In this document: in pieces, positions 1-10,409 of the stretch | How the letters are laid out: each line of letters opens with the position of its first letter | How positions within the stretch are numbered: position 1 is the first letter of the stretch | Source: Thecamonas trahens ATCC 50062 | Taxonomy: Eukaryota > Protista > Apusomonadida | Reading direction: 5' to 3' | Assembly: GCF_000142905.1 (NCBI RefSeq) | Contig: NW_013657676.1 | Coordinates: 600,085 to 664,084, forward strand | Length of the DNA stretch: 64,000 nucleotides | Notes under the pieces: generated by a model | The model's database searches: none | Told to the model about the DNA's origin: nothing | Seen by the model: only the letters and a program-made list of their open reading frames with translations | Position numbers and translations under genes: made by a program

Positions 1-1236
1 GCCGCCTTTCCGCTCATCGACGACGGCGGCGAGTCGGGCGCCGACGAGCCCATCGACGAGGACGAGGTCGCTCGCATCAAGAGCATGTTCCTGCAGGCCC
101 GCGCATCGCTGCGGCTCTCGGCTGTGCCCGCCACGCTGCCATGCCGTGAGTCACAGGCCAACGAGCTGCGGTCCAAGATCGAGACCTCGTTCCTGACCCG
201 GACCGGCGGATCAGTGTTCATGGGCGGCTTGCCGGGAACCGGCAAAACTGCCACCGTCCACGAGGTCGTCCGCGAGTTGATGAGCGCAGCGGCCGCCGGC
301 TCGCTTGATCCGTTCTGCTACGTCGAGATCAACGCCATGGAGCTGGCCACACCCAAGCACGCCTACGTCGCTATGGCCCGAGGTGTGTTTGGCGAGATCG
401 AGGCGCCAAACCAGCCGCTCCGTGCTCAGCAGCTCCTTGCCAACGAGTTCAAGCATGCTGCCGAGCCGCGCGAGGTCGCCACCCTCATGCTGGTTGACGA
501 GATGGACCTGCTTGTCACCCGCAAGCAGACCGTCCTGTACAACCTCTTTGATTGGGCGGCGTCGCCCAACTCGCGTCTGTTTGTCGTCGGCATTGCCAAC
601 ACAATCGATCTGCCGGAGCGCATGCTGCCACGGGTCTACTCGCGCCTCGGCGTCCACATTATTCGCTTCCCCTCCTACACCGTTGCCCAGCTCGAGACGA
701 TCGTCCACTCGCGGCTGGCCGAGCTCGATGCTTTTGCACCCACCGCCATCGCCCTCTGTGCCCGCAAGGTTGCGTCGATCTCCGGTGACGCCCGCAGAGC
801 ACTGGAGCTCTGCCGCCGCGCTGCCGAGCTCGCGGAGGCCGACCGCGAGTCCAATGTGGTCACGCCCGCACACATCTACGAGGCCATCAAGTCGATGATC
901 TCCTCGCCCATCGCCGCCGCCATCTCGGGCGCCTCCTTCCACGAGCGTCTCCTTCTTGTAGCCCTCTTTCTCGAGTCGCGCTCGCAGGGCAAGGCCACCC
1001 TTGCCTTTCCGGACGTTGCGCAGCGGCACGTCATCCTCGCGCGGACCCACAACATCGAGCCGCCCTCGACTTCGGACCTCAAGGCCATCGTCTCACGCCT
1101 CGGCGCCACCCGCATTCTTCTCATCGAGGCGCCACACAAAGACCTTTACCAGCGCCTCCGCTTCAACGTCGCCCGTGACGACTTTGTCGCCGCCATGGCC
1201 ACCGATCCTGTCCTCGGCCAGATTGTCCGGAAGTAG
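1..1236 (+). CDS. ORC1: Origin recognition complex subunit 1, AAA+ and winged-helix region (5' part lies outside the window)
   Basis: Frame is open from base 1. It has 'LSAVPATLPCRE', Walker A GLPGTGKT, Walker B LVDEMD, 'LLVTRKQTVLYNLFDW', 'GIANTIDLPER' and 'SGDARRALELC', typical of ORC1 rather than CDC6. Confidence 0.9.
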   Translation, partial: AAFPLIDDGGESGADEPIDEDEVARIKSMFLQARASLRLSAVPATLPCRESQANELRSKIETSFLTRTGGSVFMGGLPGTGKTATVHEVVRELMSAAAAGSLDPFCYVEINAMELATPKHAYVAMARGVFGEIEAPNQPLRAQQLLANEFKHAAEPREVATLMLVDEMDLLVTRKQTVLYNLFDWAASPNSRLFVVGIANTIDLPERMLPRVYSRLGVHIIRFPSYTVAQLETIVHSRLAELDAFAPTAIALCARKVASISGDARRALELCRRAAELAEADRESNVVTPAHIYEAIKSMISSPIAAAISGASFHERLLLVALFLESRSQGKATLAFPDVAQRHVILARTHNIEPPSTSDLKAIVSRLGATRILLIEAPHKDLYQRLRFNVARDDFVAAMATDPVLGQIVRK

Positions 1237-1333
1237 CCCGCTGCGTTGTCAAATTTGTCCGTCTGTTCCGTAAAGGCTTCATTAACCCTTACCTTAGCCT
1301 GACGGCACGAGGCTCCCGTGCGCGGCGCCGACG

Positions 1334-1817
1334 TTGGACTGCGTCTCCTCGCTCGCCGACTCGGTCTTTGTCGCCGACAGCACGCCCCTCAACGTCTGTG
1401 CCGAGTTCCCGGGCGTCATCGACATCAACTCGGAGCTCGACTCGGCGCTCGCCGGCGCGTTCGCGTCGCGCGACATGCTCGTCCTCGCTCCTCATGTAGG
1501 CGTCGGCCACGTCATCCGGCAAGCACGCCCATCACAAGAAGATCCACAACGTCCTCGCGCTCCCCCGTCCGGCCGCTGGGTTTAACTTTGTGATGCTCTC
1601 CTTCCCGGTCGTCGGGGTCGCCACCGCGACGCCAGCTCGGGCGTGCTTCAGGCGGCCGTCTACGTGTCGGCCGCCATCACGTGCGGGCGCGCCTCCCACC
1701 TCAAGCTGCAGGCCGAGCAGGTGTCGCGTAGCGTCGGCCGGCGACCTGGAAATCAAGCATCATCGAGTTGTTCACCTTGAGACGCGCGACAACGCGTCCG
1801 AACGACCGTACCGATAG
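1334..1817 (+). pseudogene. Decayed, frame-disrupted fragment of an unknown gene 3' end (copy 1; 1528-1817 is homologous to 17936-18273)
   Basis: Coding-like pieces in different frames (HKKIHNVLALPRPAAGFNFVMLSFPVVGV; GVLQAAVYVSAAITC) align by eye at nucleotide level with the reverse complement of 17936-18273. Confidence 0.55.
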
Positions 1818-1884
1818 CGGTTTAATTGCACTGTCGTCACCTGGGCTCGCACAAGTCGTCGGCACTCGACTCCCACTCCCACCT

Positions 1885-2173
1885 ATGCACCGCGGAACTC
1901 GCCTTGCCATTCGCCAGCTACTGTCCACGGTTGCCGCGGCAGGTACGTCCCCACCGCTGCCTCTCCCTCGCTTCTCACACCCTTGCCTCTCCTTGTGAAG
2001 TACTCACTTGCGCATGGGGTTGTGTAGGCATCGGTGTCGCGCTCGGACGCTACGTCCTCTCGACCAAGGACGATCCGTCAGCTCCGCCGTCGCGGCCGCG
2101 GTCGCTGGAGGAGATTCTTAGCCCAGCCAGCGGGGAGCGGCCAAAGAGCAGCGAGTCGAGCCATGGCAAGTAG
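1885..2173 (+). CDS. Small single-pass membrane protein, 67 aa; join(1885..1942,2028..2173)
   Basis: ATG at 1885, GTACGT donor at 1943, TACTCAC branch-like motif at 2001-2007, TAG acceptor at 2027. Splicing gives MHRGTRLAIRQLLSTVAAAGIGVALGRYVLSTKDD...HGK*. Confidence 0.6.
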
Positions 2174-2190
2174 TGCTTGTACTGGCGGTG

Positions 2191-3864
2191 TTAGCGGAGG
2201 CTGGAGCTGCGCGTTCGTTTGGCCTTGACCGGGCTGCTCGGGCTGCCGGACAGCGACGAGGTGAGCGGGCTGTCTCGCTTGCGCTTGCGCTCTCGGCTGG
2301 CGCCCTGGCCCCCGGTTGCGACCTGCGACAGGGTCAGGTCGAGGCGGCGTGGGCGCACGCTGCGGATGGCAGCGCGGGCAGCGATGCGGCGGAGATGGTG
2401 GAGGCCGCGGTTGACGTTGTACAGCTCCTCGGGGTGAGTCCGCGCAAGAGGGAACAACGCCGGCGCGTAGTCGTGGCACCCAATGGTAATGCTCCGCGAA
2501 CCTGGTTGGCCCAAGGCAGCAAATATGTCTGGAAGGACAAAGAGCCGGGATCGGCTGAGGTGCGCGAGCCACTCGCCGGTCGTCTCACAGCTCACGGTGT
2601 GGCTAGGGCTCTCCGGCGTATGCCATCCCCACGCGGCGAGTATGGCGTCGTCCAATGCAAAGGCGCCGCTAGGAGCAAGCTCGGCCGCGAGATGGACAAG
2701 TAGTGAGCGCTTGCGGGTGTGGCGCTCACGGAGAACCTCGCGATGGACGGCGGCCATAGTGGCAGAACACCAGGTGCGGAGTTTGACGCGCGACGGGCGG
2801 CGCGGCAGCTTGGATCCGGTACCACTGGGCGTCTGCAGCGAGTTGACTGCCCGTGTCCGCGCCGCAAACTCGACCGACCGCTCAACAGTCAGTGGGTCAA
2901 ACGCGTGCCAGGCGTCGAGAATGGCGCCTGCGTGACTCCGCCACGAGCTGCCCCGGAACGGTTGCAAGAGCTGGTAGAGAAAGGCCGCCCGGGCCTCGGC
3001 CTCGTGGGTCCGCTCCTCCCGCGAGTGGACCGGTGCAATCGAGGGCTGGTAACTGGCCGGCACGAGGCCGATCCACAGAAATCGTAGCAGCTGGAGGTTA
3101 ACCGAGGCTTCGATCCGCGCCACCAGCGTCTGGGCGAGCCTCCGCTGGTCCATGCCGGTCAGGAGCCACGGCAGAGCGCCGCGGACAATCTCGGGCGGTG
3201 GTGCGAGCGAGAGAGTACCTTCGCGGTGATCTGACACATCGAGCGGGATGGCGGCTCCGATGGTGTCGTCGGCGCTCTCGTCCGAGCTAAGGCACGAGCC
3301 TGGCACGCCGAAGGTATCGTCCAGGTCGAAGACGCCGGCCTCGAGCGGCTGGATGAGCGACCATTCGGGCATGTCGTCAAAGGCAAAGAGCTGATGCGAG
3401 GTGTCCTGGCTTACGCGAGGCGAGGACTCGCGCTGACAGCCGGCTGGCAGCTGTGGGACGAGGAGCGGCTGCGAGCGGGCATGCGAGGCGACCGATGCGG
3501 TGCTCAAAGTCGGCGGAAGGTTGCCGCGATAGGTGCTCGCCGGCATGACAAGCTGTCCCGGGCCAATGTTCTCCTTCTCCACAAGCAAGTGGATGCCTTC
3601 GGGCGAGTCGTTCTGCAGGCTGGCGAGCGTTGCAGTCAGCGCGAGACTGGGGGCGGGAGCCAGTTTACCATCTTTTCCGGTTTCACGACCTTTTTCTGCG
3701 AGCGAGCCCACGTTGCCGTCCCACACCGACGGGCATTCTGGCGGCGACCATGCAGTGAACAACGTTTTCACTGGCGACGAGGGTGGCAGCAGTGCGTGGG
3801 TCTTGTGCCGGAGAATGTTGTTGGTCTTGGTCGGTGTCGTCGACTCCCAGGGCTTGGACTCCAT
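2191..3864 (-). CDS. Hypothetical protein, 557 aa, with a KEN box and SP/TP sites
   Basis: C-terminal part of track ORF 2191..4683; the upstream part overlaps the DGK gene out of frame. Likely start MESKPW at 3864. Contains EKENIGP and a helical-looking core; no family recognised. Confidence 0.55.
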   Translation of the reverse strand: MESKPWESTTPTKTNNILRHKTHALLPPSSPVKTLFTAWSPPECPSVWDGNVGSLAEKGRETGKDGKLAPAPSLALTATLASLQNDSPEGIHLLVEKENIGPGQLVMPASTYRGNLPPTLSTASVASHARSQPLLVPQLPAGCQRESSPRVSQDTSHQLFAFDDMPEWSLIQPLEAGVFDLDDTFGVPGSCLSSDESADDTIGAAIPLDVSDHREGTLSLAPPPEIVRGALPWLLTGMDQRRLAQTLVARIEASVNLQLLRFLWIGLVPASYQPSIAPVHSREERTHEAEARAAFLYQLLQPFRGSSWRSHAGAILDAWHAFDPLTVERSVEFAARTRAVNSLQTPSGTGSKLPRRPSRVKLRTWCSATMAAVHREVLRERHTRKRSLLVHLAAELAPSGAFALDDAILAAWGWHTPESPSHTVSCETTGEWLAHLSRSRLFVLPDIFAALGQPGSRSITIGCHDYAPALFPLARTHPEELYNVNRGLHHLRRIAARAAIRSVRPRRLDLTLSQVATGGQGASRERKRKRDSPLTSSLSGSPSSPVKAKRTRSSSLR

Positions 3865-3970
3865 GGCGATCGGCCGAGACGAGTGGCGACGCGCGTGCTG
3901 GTTGGTGAGCGACGACACTTTTGCGCGTGAAATGAGGCCAAAAGCGCGCGAATGCAAGTGTCGTCTGTTC

Positions 3971-5796
3971 TCATCCGCTGCTGGCGGCTGGGCCGTCGCT
4001 GCTGCTTGCGCGAGCGGCGTCAGCATCGGGGTCGGCAGGAATAAGAATTGGCGCTTGGTTGCGGTGGGTAATGTGGATGATAGCCGGTTGCTGGAGCCAC
4101 GGCTCGCCGTCGATCTGGACCGGGTGAGCGGTGTCGTCGAGCCAGCGGATCTCGAGCGACGAGGCTTGGGCCAGCTTGGTTGCCGACCCAACGCCGGCCT
4201 GGATGCGGCCGAGGTGTGCCGACGATGTGACGGCGAGCACTTCGAGCTTGCCATCAGAAAACGACGATGGGCGGACCTTGTCGCGCCAGAGATTGATGCC
4301 GCCGCCGTACGACGGGATGTTGACGATGATGATGGCCTGAGCATGCGGGAGCGTGACCCGCTCGCCGTCCGCCCACAGCGCGATCGAGGTGGAGAGCTCC
4401 GGCGAGGCTGAGATGGCGGCCTTGGTGCCCTCCTTGGCGTAGCGGATCTTGTTGCCGGTTCGCGAGGTAAAGGCGCCTGGGTTAGCCTCGCGCGCGGTGT
4501 GAAAGGCGAGGGCAACACGGGCGTCGACACCGATGGAAAAGTAGTTGTTGATGACAGTGAGCGGTGGGCCATCGACTTCAAAGTTGTTGTCCATGAGCGA
4601 GACCACCACGTTCCAGCGATCGAGGCTGGCGTTTTTGGCGGTGAGCACGCTGTCGAGGATCGGACGGAGCGGCTTGCCGGCATAGCCAGGGCCCCAACCG
4701 GTGGCCCGCGCGAGGTCGTTGCCGGTCCCGAGTGGGAGGATGGCGACTGGCGGGCGGGTCGTCGGCAGATCGCCCATCTCGATCATGTCGTCGAGGACGG
4801 CAAGGATCCAGCCAATGGTTCCGTCGCCGCCAGCACCGAGAATGCGGAAGGGTGTCGAGTCGCAGGCGACAGCAAAGCGGGCGATGTGGGCACGCGGACC
4901 ACCATCGACGGCCATGTCACACACTTGGGTCGGCTGGAGGGCACCGCAGAGTCCTCCCAGCAGGGACCGGCCTTGCTGGCCGCCGCTTCGAGTGTTGACC
5001 AGGACAAGCAGCGGCATATCACCGCCTGGAAGCAGCGCGGCAAGCGGGCCGCGACTGCAAGTTAGCGCCTTGGCCAGCGGCATCTTGGCCATACACGCCG
5101 AGTGGAGCGCAGCATCGCACCACACGCAGTGAAAGCCGGTCAATGATTTGGCCGACTTGGTCGACTTGAGGCAGACGATGCAGCCTGCGGCATCGGCATA
5201 GCCTGGCACGTTGCCCTCGATCCACTGATGGGCGCCATCAGCAGGCTGGACCTCGCTCTTGCAAGGGGCCACGCTCCAGACAGCAGGAGTGGCCCGTTTC
5301 GCACACTTGGCGTGGACAACCATGGCGCATGTGAGGCACCGTAGGCCTTGCTTGCCAACTCCGTACAGCATCTTTCGGCAGATACGGCAATATGCCGGCG
5401 ATGAGAAGTGATGGGCATCAAAGACGTGGCCAGCAGCTGCGACATCGATTCCTGCGTCGGGTGCGAGATCGAGGTCGTGATCGGCATCGCTGTCAGTCTC
5501 CTGTCCGCAAGCATCGGCGCCTGCAACAACCTTCACAGCCGCCGGCAGGCAGAGAGAGGCAATGGCATCTACGCATTCAGCATGTGCATGCATGCCGCAT
5601 GCTGTGCAAGTGTGTCCTTGATGGTAGAGACCCTTGAGAAGCTTTGTGCAGTGCCCGCACCAAGCTGTGGGCGGCTCGAACGGTGAGTTGTGGCCGCCAC
5701 CCAGGTGAAGGCGGTGGTAGGCAAGGCGGCGAACGTACTGGGGGTGTTGAACTGGGCGACTTTGAAGGTGTGGGGAGGGCTTTGGGAGGCTGCCAT
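3971..5796 (-). CDS. Diacylglycerol kinase with three C1 domains; complement join(5739..5796,3971..5664)
   Basis: Catalytic motifs VNTRSGG, GGDGT, PLGTGNDL and accessory NYFSIGVD...QIDGEPW. Removing a 74-nt intron (5665-5738; GTACGT..CTCAC..CAG) restores an extra N-terminal C1 domain HTFKVAQFNTPTWCGHC...CTAC..HAEC. Confidence 0.93.
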
Positions 5797-5827
5797 GAGT
5801 GGAGAGGTGTACAATTACAGGCGCATA

Positions 5828-8331
5828 TTACTCGGCGCGAGCAGAGGCGGTCGAGCCAGACTTGCGAAGGGTGGTGATAGCCGAGTAGAGGAAGGCGTGA
5901 AGGCCGTCGAGGCCGCGTTCGCGGAGGTAGTCCAGGTACTCGGCCCGGCGGTTGCCGTCATTGGTGTTCTCGATGGATGCGAGGTCAGGGACGTCAAATC
6001 CTGGGCGGGCAGAGTCCGAGGCGGCGAGGGCGAGATAGTCTGCGGCGAAGCCTGTGCAAGAGAGGTTGGAGGCCATGGAGAGGGCAAAGCGCGAGGCGTC
6101 GTGAGTGGCGAGAGCGTCGATGAGCTCGTCCGGGACGTCGAACAGCTGGGTCTGTTGCGGCTGCAAAAAGGCGTTGCCGCGGTAGAAGACGTTGGTAGCG
6201 TCGACGATGTAGGCATTGATGAGCAGGGCGCGCTCGGCGACCGACGGGTCAAAGTCGATGCGTGCGGCGTTGGCTGCGCGGTCGCGGGCGAGGCGCGGGT
6301 ACTCAGCCTTGATGATGGCAAGGACTCCTGCGATACGCGAGGTGGAGAGCGCAGCCGGCGAGAGGAGGCACGGGTAGACGATGCCCGGCGAGGGAACCCA
6401 GAGGAAGGGGAGGCGGAGGTCTGTGAGGGCGGTGGCGTACTGCTCGAAAAAGGCGAGGACGGCGTCCTCGAGCGCCGAGTGCGAGTTTGCGAGGGCGAGG
6501 GCGCGTGCGGCAGATTTGTCGACCCAGGCGAGAAGTTGGTACATGGAGAGCCAGTAGTTGGCGCCGATGTCAAGACCCTCAAAGATAAAGCCCGGGACGG
6601 GGACGGTGGGCGGCGGGTCAGAGCCGGAAGCGTCAGCGGCGGCGATGGCTGTGGCAACAGCGGCGGCGTGGGAGTCCCAGTCTGTGGCGAACCAGCGGAA
6701 GAGCATTGTCTTGAGGGCGTTGAGGACAGCGACCTGAAAGGCGACGCCCGATGCGACAAAGAGCTGCGAGAGCGGGATGAGGAAGCCGGTGTAGAGCGCG
6801 TCCCATGGGAGCGGGCGGAGGTAGGTTACAAGATCGAGGACGACGTCGGCGGCGTGAACACCGTTCCAGTCGGGGAGGAACGAGCCGAGCCAGACCTCGA
6901 GCACGGGCGGTAGCTCCTTGAAGAAGCGGGCAAAGTCGCGGACGGCCTCCAGCAGCTGGAGCGCCATCGGCCGCAGCGGCGAGGCGCCCCATCCAAGCTC
7001 GGCCTCAAGGCGCGCAGCGAGCCAGTGCGAGATGCGGGCGAGCGCGCCCGGCGTCGGGTCGAGGCTCACCAGATGCTGCAGCGAGCGCTCGGAGAAGACA
7101 GTAGCGAGCTGCTTGGGAAGCTTGATGGTGTCAAGCTGGGAGACGAGGTCATCGATGGAGGAGACCTGGTCGAGGGCGAGGGCCGACTCGCCCAGGCGAG
7201 GGCGGACTGGGCGGGAAGCGAGGTGGCGAGCGGCGGGATGAGGACTTCGGCGGAGAGGAGCTTACGCTTCTTGCGGCCACGGCGGCCGCGCGGGCGCATC
7301 GGGTCCGGGCGAGCCCACGAGTCGAGAGCGCGCTTGGTCTGGGTCCTTGTCCCATGCGGGAGCGCAGCCTGGGCGGCATATGCTTGAGCGGCCAGCTCGG
7401 CTGCAGGGCGGGCGTCCTGGACGGCGCGCATGGCACGGAGCCACGGGCCGTGCGGAGCCTTGAACGACGGCTTGAAGCCGTAGGGACGGGCGATGGGGAC
7501 CAGTTCAGGTGTGTAGTCCTTGTAGACCATGAGGAGAGCAATAAGAGCCGGCTCCTTGGCGACTACCTGGCGCTTGTAGATGGAGAAGAGCTTGCGGACC
7601 CGGAAGGGGACGACGTCCTCGCGCCGGGTGAGGAGCGAAAGGAGGTGGCAGACCCAGGGACGGAGCGAGTCGTACGCCACAAAGTGGAAGAGGGCGCCGT
7701 ATAGCGAGTGCATGACGTCGTAGCCGTCAAACGAGTCAAAGACGAGGACCATCCACATGAAGATGATGGAGCGGATGCCCGGCGAGCGCGGCTGGGCGAT
7801 GCCAAGGAGCATGACAGCGACCGACTGCGGGACGACCGACGCCGGGAGTAGCGCATGGATGATGTGGCGGGCGGTGACGTCTTTGATGGCGTCGATGTTG
7901 TCTACGTAGAACGAAGCGATGGTCTCGAGCGCGTCAGGTTCGAGGCCCGAGCGCCATGCTCGGGCCTTGAGCTCTTTGGCGATGGTGGCGACCACGGCCT
8001 GCTCGTCGAGGCCACCCTGCATGGGCGACTTGGCCTCAAGCGCGACCAGCAGCGCAGGCGTCGACATGCTTGTGATCCGATCAATGAACGCTTGCTCGAC
8101 CCGGGCCCGCGATCGGGGCGCCGGGAGGTTGGCAGCCTCAGCCTCGGCCGGGGTCAGCGGCACATTGCGTGGTGCGGCCTGCGACGGTCCTGCAGAGCCT
8201 GACAGCGGGGTAGTTATAGGCCGTCGTCTCACAAGGCTGTGCTTCTCAGCAGGTGTGGAGGGTGTGGTTATGTCCATGGGTGCTAGTGATGAGGGTGGGG
8301 GGAGGGCCGGCGGCGACGACGACGACGACAT
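5828..8331 (-). CDS. CENPI: Centromere protein I (Mis6/Ctf3); frame break or 59-nt intron near 7195-7265
   Basis: Mis6-family motifs 'LYGALFHF..LRPWVCHLLSLLTRREDVVPFRVRKL', 'LLMVYKDYTPELV' and, in the shifted frame, 'LDTIKLPKQLATVF..LQHLV..ARISHWL' and 'FLPDWNG'. Joins track ORFs 7066..8898 and 5828..7069. Confidence 0.8.
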
Positions 8332-8788
8332 GGCGCGTGAATCTACCGGCGGGGTTGGGAAGGTTAAGGGGAAGCAAAGGTGTGGAGGGGGTGGAGTGGT
8401 AGGTGTGTATGAGAGAAAGAAGAGGAGGGAGGGTTGTGGAGAGGTGTGGGTGTGTTGCGTAGGGTGCGGTGCGTAGAGCGGGTGGTGGTGGTAGGTGTGG
8501 CGGGGGCGGAAAAGGGCTTCAAATGGCGCGAGCTGGTGACAGTGATCAGGCACACGGTTGATCAAGACGGCGGCGACGACGGCGAAAGAGGAAGCACTTG
8601 ACCGAGTCTGTCTGTGGGTAGACCAAGGCATGAGCAAGGCCAAACGTGGGTTGTTGGCAACCAACCACCGACCAGACCTTCCGGGCAATGTGGGAATGCT
8701 TGTGGGAGGCGGGGTGCGGTCTTCGTCGAGTTGTGATGACTTTGGTGGCTTTGACTCGTCGGACGGTGGCGGCGAGGTCGGCGAGGGT

Positions 8789-10258
8789 ATGGCTGGCCGC
8801 AGTGGCAACGGTGTGGAGATGCAGAATGATTGGAGCATTCCGAACGCAGCAGGAGCCACGACGACGTTGATTATTCTGGGAAGCATGAACATGCTCAATT
8901 ATGTTGATCGATATGTTCCGTCTGCCACCAAGGAGCTGTTCAAGGCTGAGCTGGGGCTTACGGATGCCCAGTCTGCGCTCCCGCTCTCGGTCTTTATTGT
9001 TGTGTACATGTGTGCCAGCCCGCTGTTTGGCTATCTGGCCGACTCGGGCATGGATCGCCGGATGCTGCTCACAGTCGGGGTGGTCATCTGGTCTCTGGCG
9101 ACGGCGGCTGGGGCGCTAGCGATTGGCTTCTGGACCTTTCTTCTTGCGAGAGCGCTTGTGGGCGTTGGCGAGGCTGCGTACGCGACGATTGCGCCGCCGC
9201 TGCTGGCAGACGTTTTTGCACCGGCGCGGCTGCCGCGGGCAATGGCGTTGTACAACATTGGTCTGCCGGTCGGCGCGGCCATTGGGTTTGTGGTTGGCGG
9301 CTCGGTTGGGCACAGACTCGGGTGGCGGTGGGCGTTTCTCATCTGCGGCTTGCCGGGTCTGGTTCTTGCGGCGTTCTTGTGGCGGATCCGCGACCCCGGC
9401 CGCGGCTACTTTGAGCGGCAGCGCAGTGCAGACTCGAGCGTGAGCGTGACCGGCAGTGCGAGTGAGGACGGCGGCGAGAGCGGCGAGGACAAAGTGACGC
9501 TGGTGACGGATGCACGACTCTCATTGCTGGGCGGGGGCGGCGGTAGCGAGGCCAGCGATGGGGGCGAGGCGAGTCAGGCAGGCGGTCGTGACGGCGAGAC
9601 GGGCGTTCTCGTCCTGCCGTGGCTAACGGTGGCGGGCATGCTCGCGCGCAACGCGCGGTACTTGTTGACGATGCTCGGGCAGACGGCACTGACGTTTGGG
9701 GCGGGTGGAATGGCTGACTGGCTGCCAACGTTTCTGGTGCGATACCATGGGCTCACGCTCGAGACGGCAGGGCTTGTAGTGGGCGGGGTGACTGTGGTTG
9801 CGGGCATTTTCGGGACGCTCTCAGGAGCGCAGGCTGCAGTGTTTGCTGCGCCGCGGACAAAGAACGCCAACCTGGCGGTTTCTGGGCTGGCAATGGTGCC
9901 TGCGACGGCCGGAGTCTTTCTCGCACTTGTGCTTCCGTCGGCCGGGAGTGTGATTGCGCTGACGGCAGCGGCACAGTACTTTCTGTGGTTCTTCCAAGGC
10001 CCGTCCAACTCTGAGCTTGCGTCTGCGACGCCATCGCTGATTCGGTCGCGAGCGTTTGCGGTCTCGATCTTCTGCTCGCATGCACTGGGCGATGCGGCGT
10101 CGCCGCCGATCATCGGCTTGGTTTCCGACTCGGAGTCGTCGCTGCGGACTGCGCTGCTGCTTGTGCCTGTGGCGATGGCGGTGTCTGCGGTGCTGTGGCT
10201 GTGCGCGTGGCGCGGGCTGGGCAAGTTTGTGCCGCCCAAGACATACTGGCGGGCATGA
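8789..10258 (+). CDS. Spinster-family MFS transporter
   Basis: 'MNMLNYVDRY', 'PLFGYLAD', 'RALVGVGEAAYATIAP' and 'SHALGDAASPPIIG', with about 12 hydrophobic segments. Start codon uncertain (8789 or 8819). Confidence 0.88.
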   Translation: MAGRSGNGVEMQNDWSIPNAAGATTTLIILGSMNMLNYVDRYVPSATKELFKAELGLTDAQSALPLSVFIVVYMCASPLFGYLADSGMDRRMLLTVGVVIWSLATAAGALAIGFWTFLLARALVGVGEAAYATIAPPLLADVFAPARLPRAMALYNIGLPVGAAIGFVVGGSVGHRLGWRWAFLICGLPGLVLAAFLWRIRDPGRGYFERQRSADSSVSVTGSASEDGGESGEDKVTLVTDARLSLLGGGGGSEASDGGEASQAGGRDGETGVLVLPWLTVAGMLARNARYLLTMLGQTALTFGAGGMADWLPTFLVRYHGLTLETAGLVVGGVTVVAGIFGTLSGAQAAVFAAPRTKNANLAVSGLAMVPATAGVFLALVLPSAGSVIALTAAAQYFLWFFQGPSNSELASATPSLIRSRAFAVSIFCSHALGDAASPPIIGLVSDSESSLRTALLLVPVAMAVSAVLWLCAWRGLGKFVPPKTYWRA

Positions 10259-10409
10259 GAGTGAGATAGAGAGAGTGTGAGGTGTTGTGTGCACAGAAAA
10301 GCGCAGCGCCTTTGACGTCAGGGAGGGCTGCCCTCTGCTGCGGAGAGTGAAATGCGGAGCGAGAGGTAATGGGCTGTTGATGGGTGGGGGGGGCTAAGCG
10401 ATGGCCAAA

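Noticed and set aside
3865-4683. N-terminal ~270 aa of the 830-aa track ORF 2191..4683
   Set aside because: Mostly an alternative frame over the DGK coding region, S/R/P-rich as expected for a GC-rich shadow frame.
5690-6913. Long antisense ORFs (also 16069..17475, 45820..47451, 48238..49320, 58530..59522 and others)
   Set aside because: Shadow ORFs opposite well-supported genes, caused by high GC3 and scarce stop codons.
8332-8898. Apparent head-to-head overlap of the CENP-I and Spinster ORFs
   Set aside because: The extensions are low-complexity leader sequence; plausible ATGs at 8331 and 8789 leave a normal divergent spacer.
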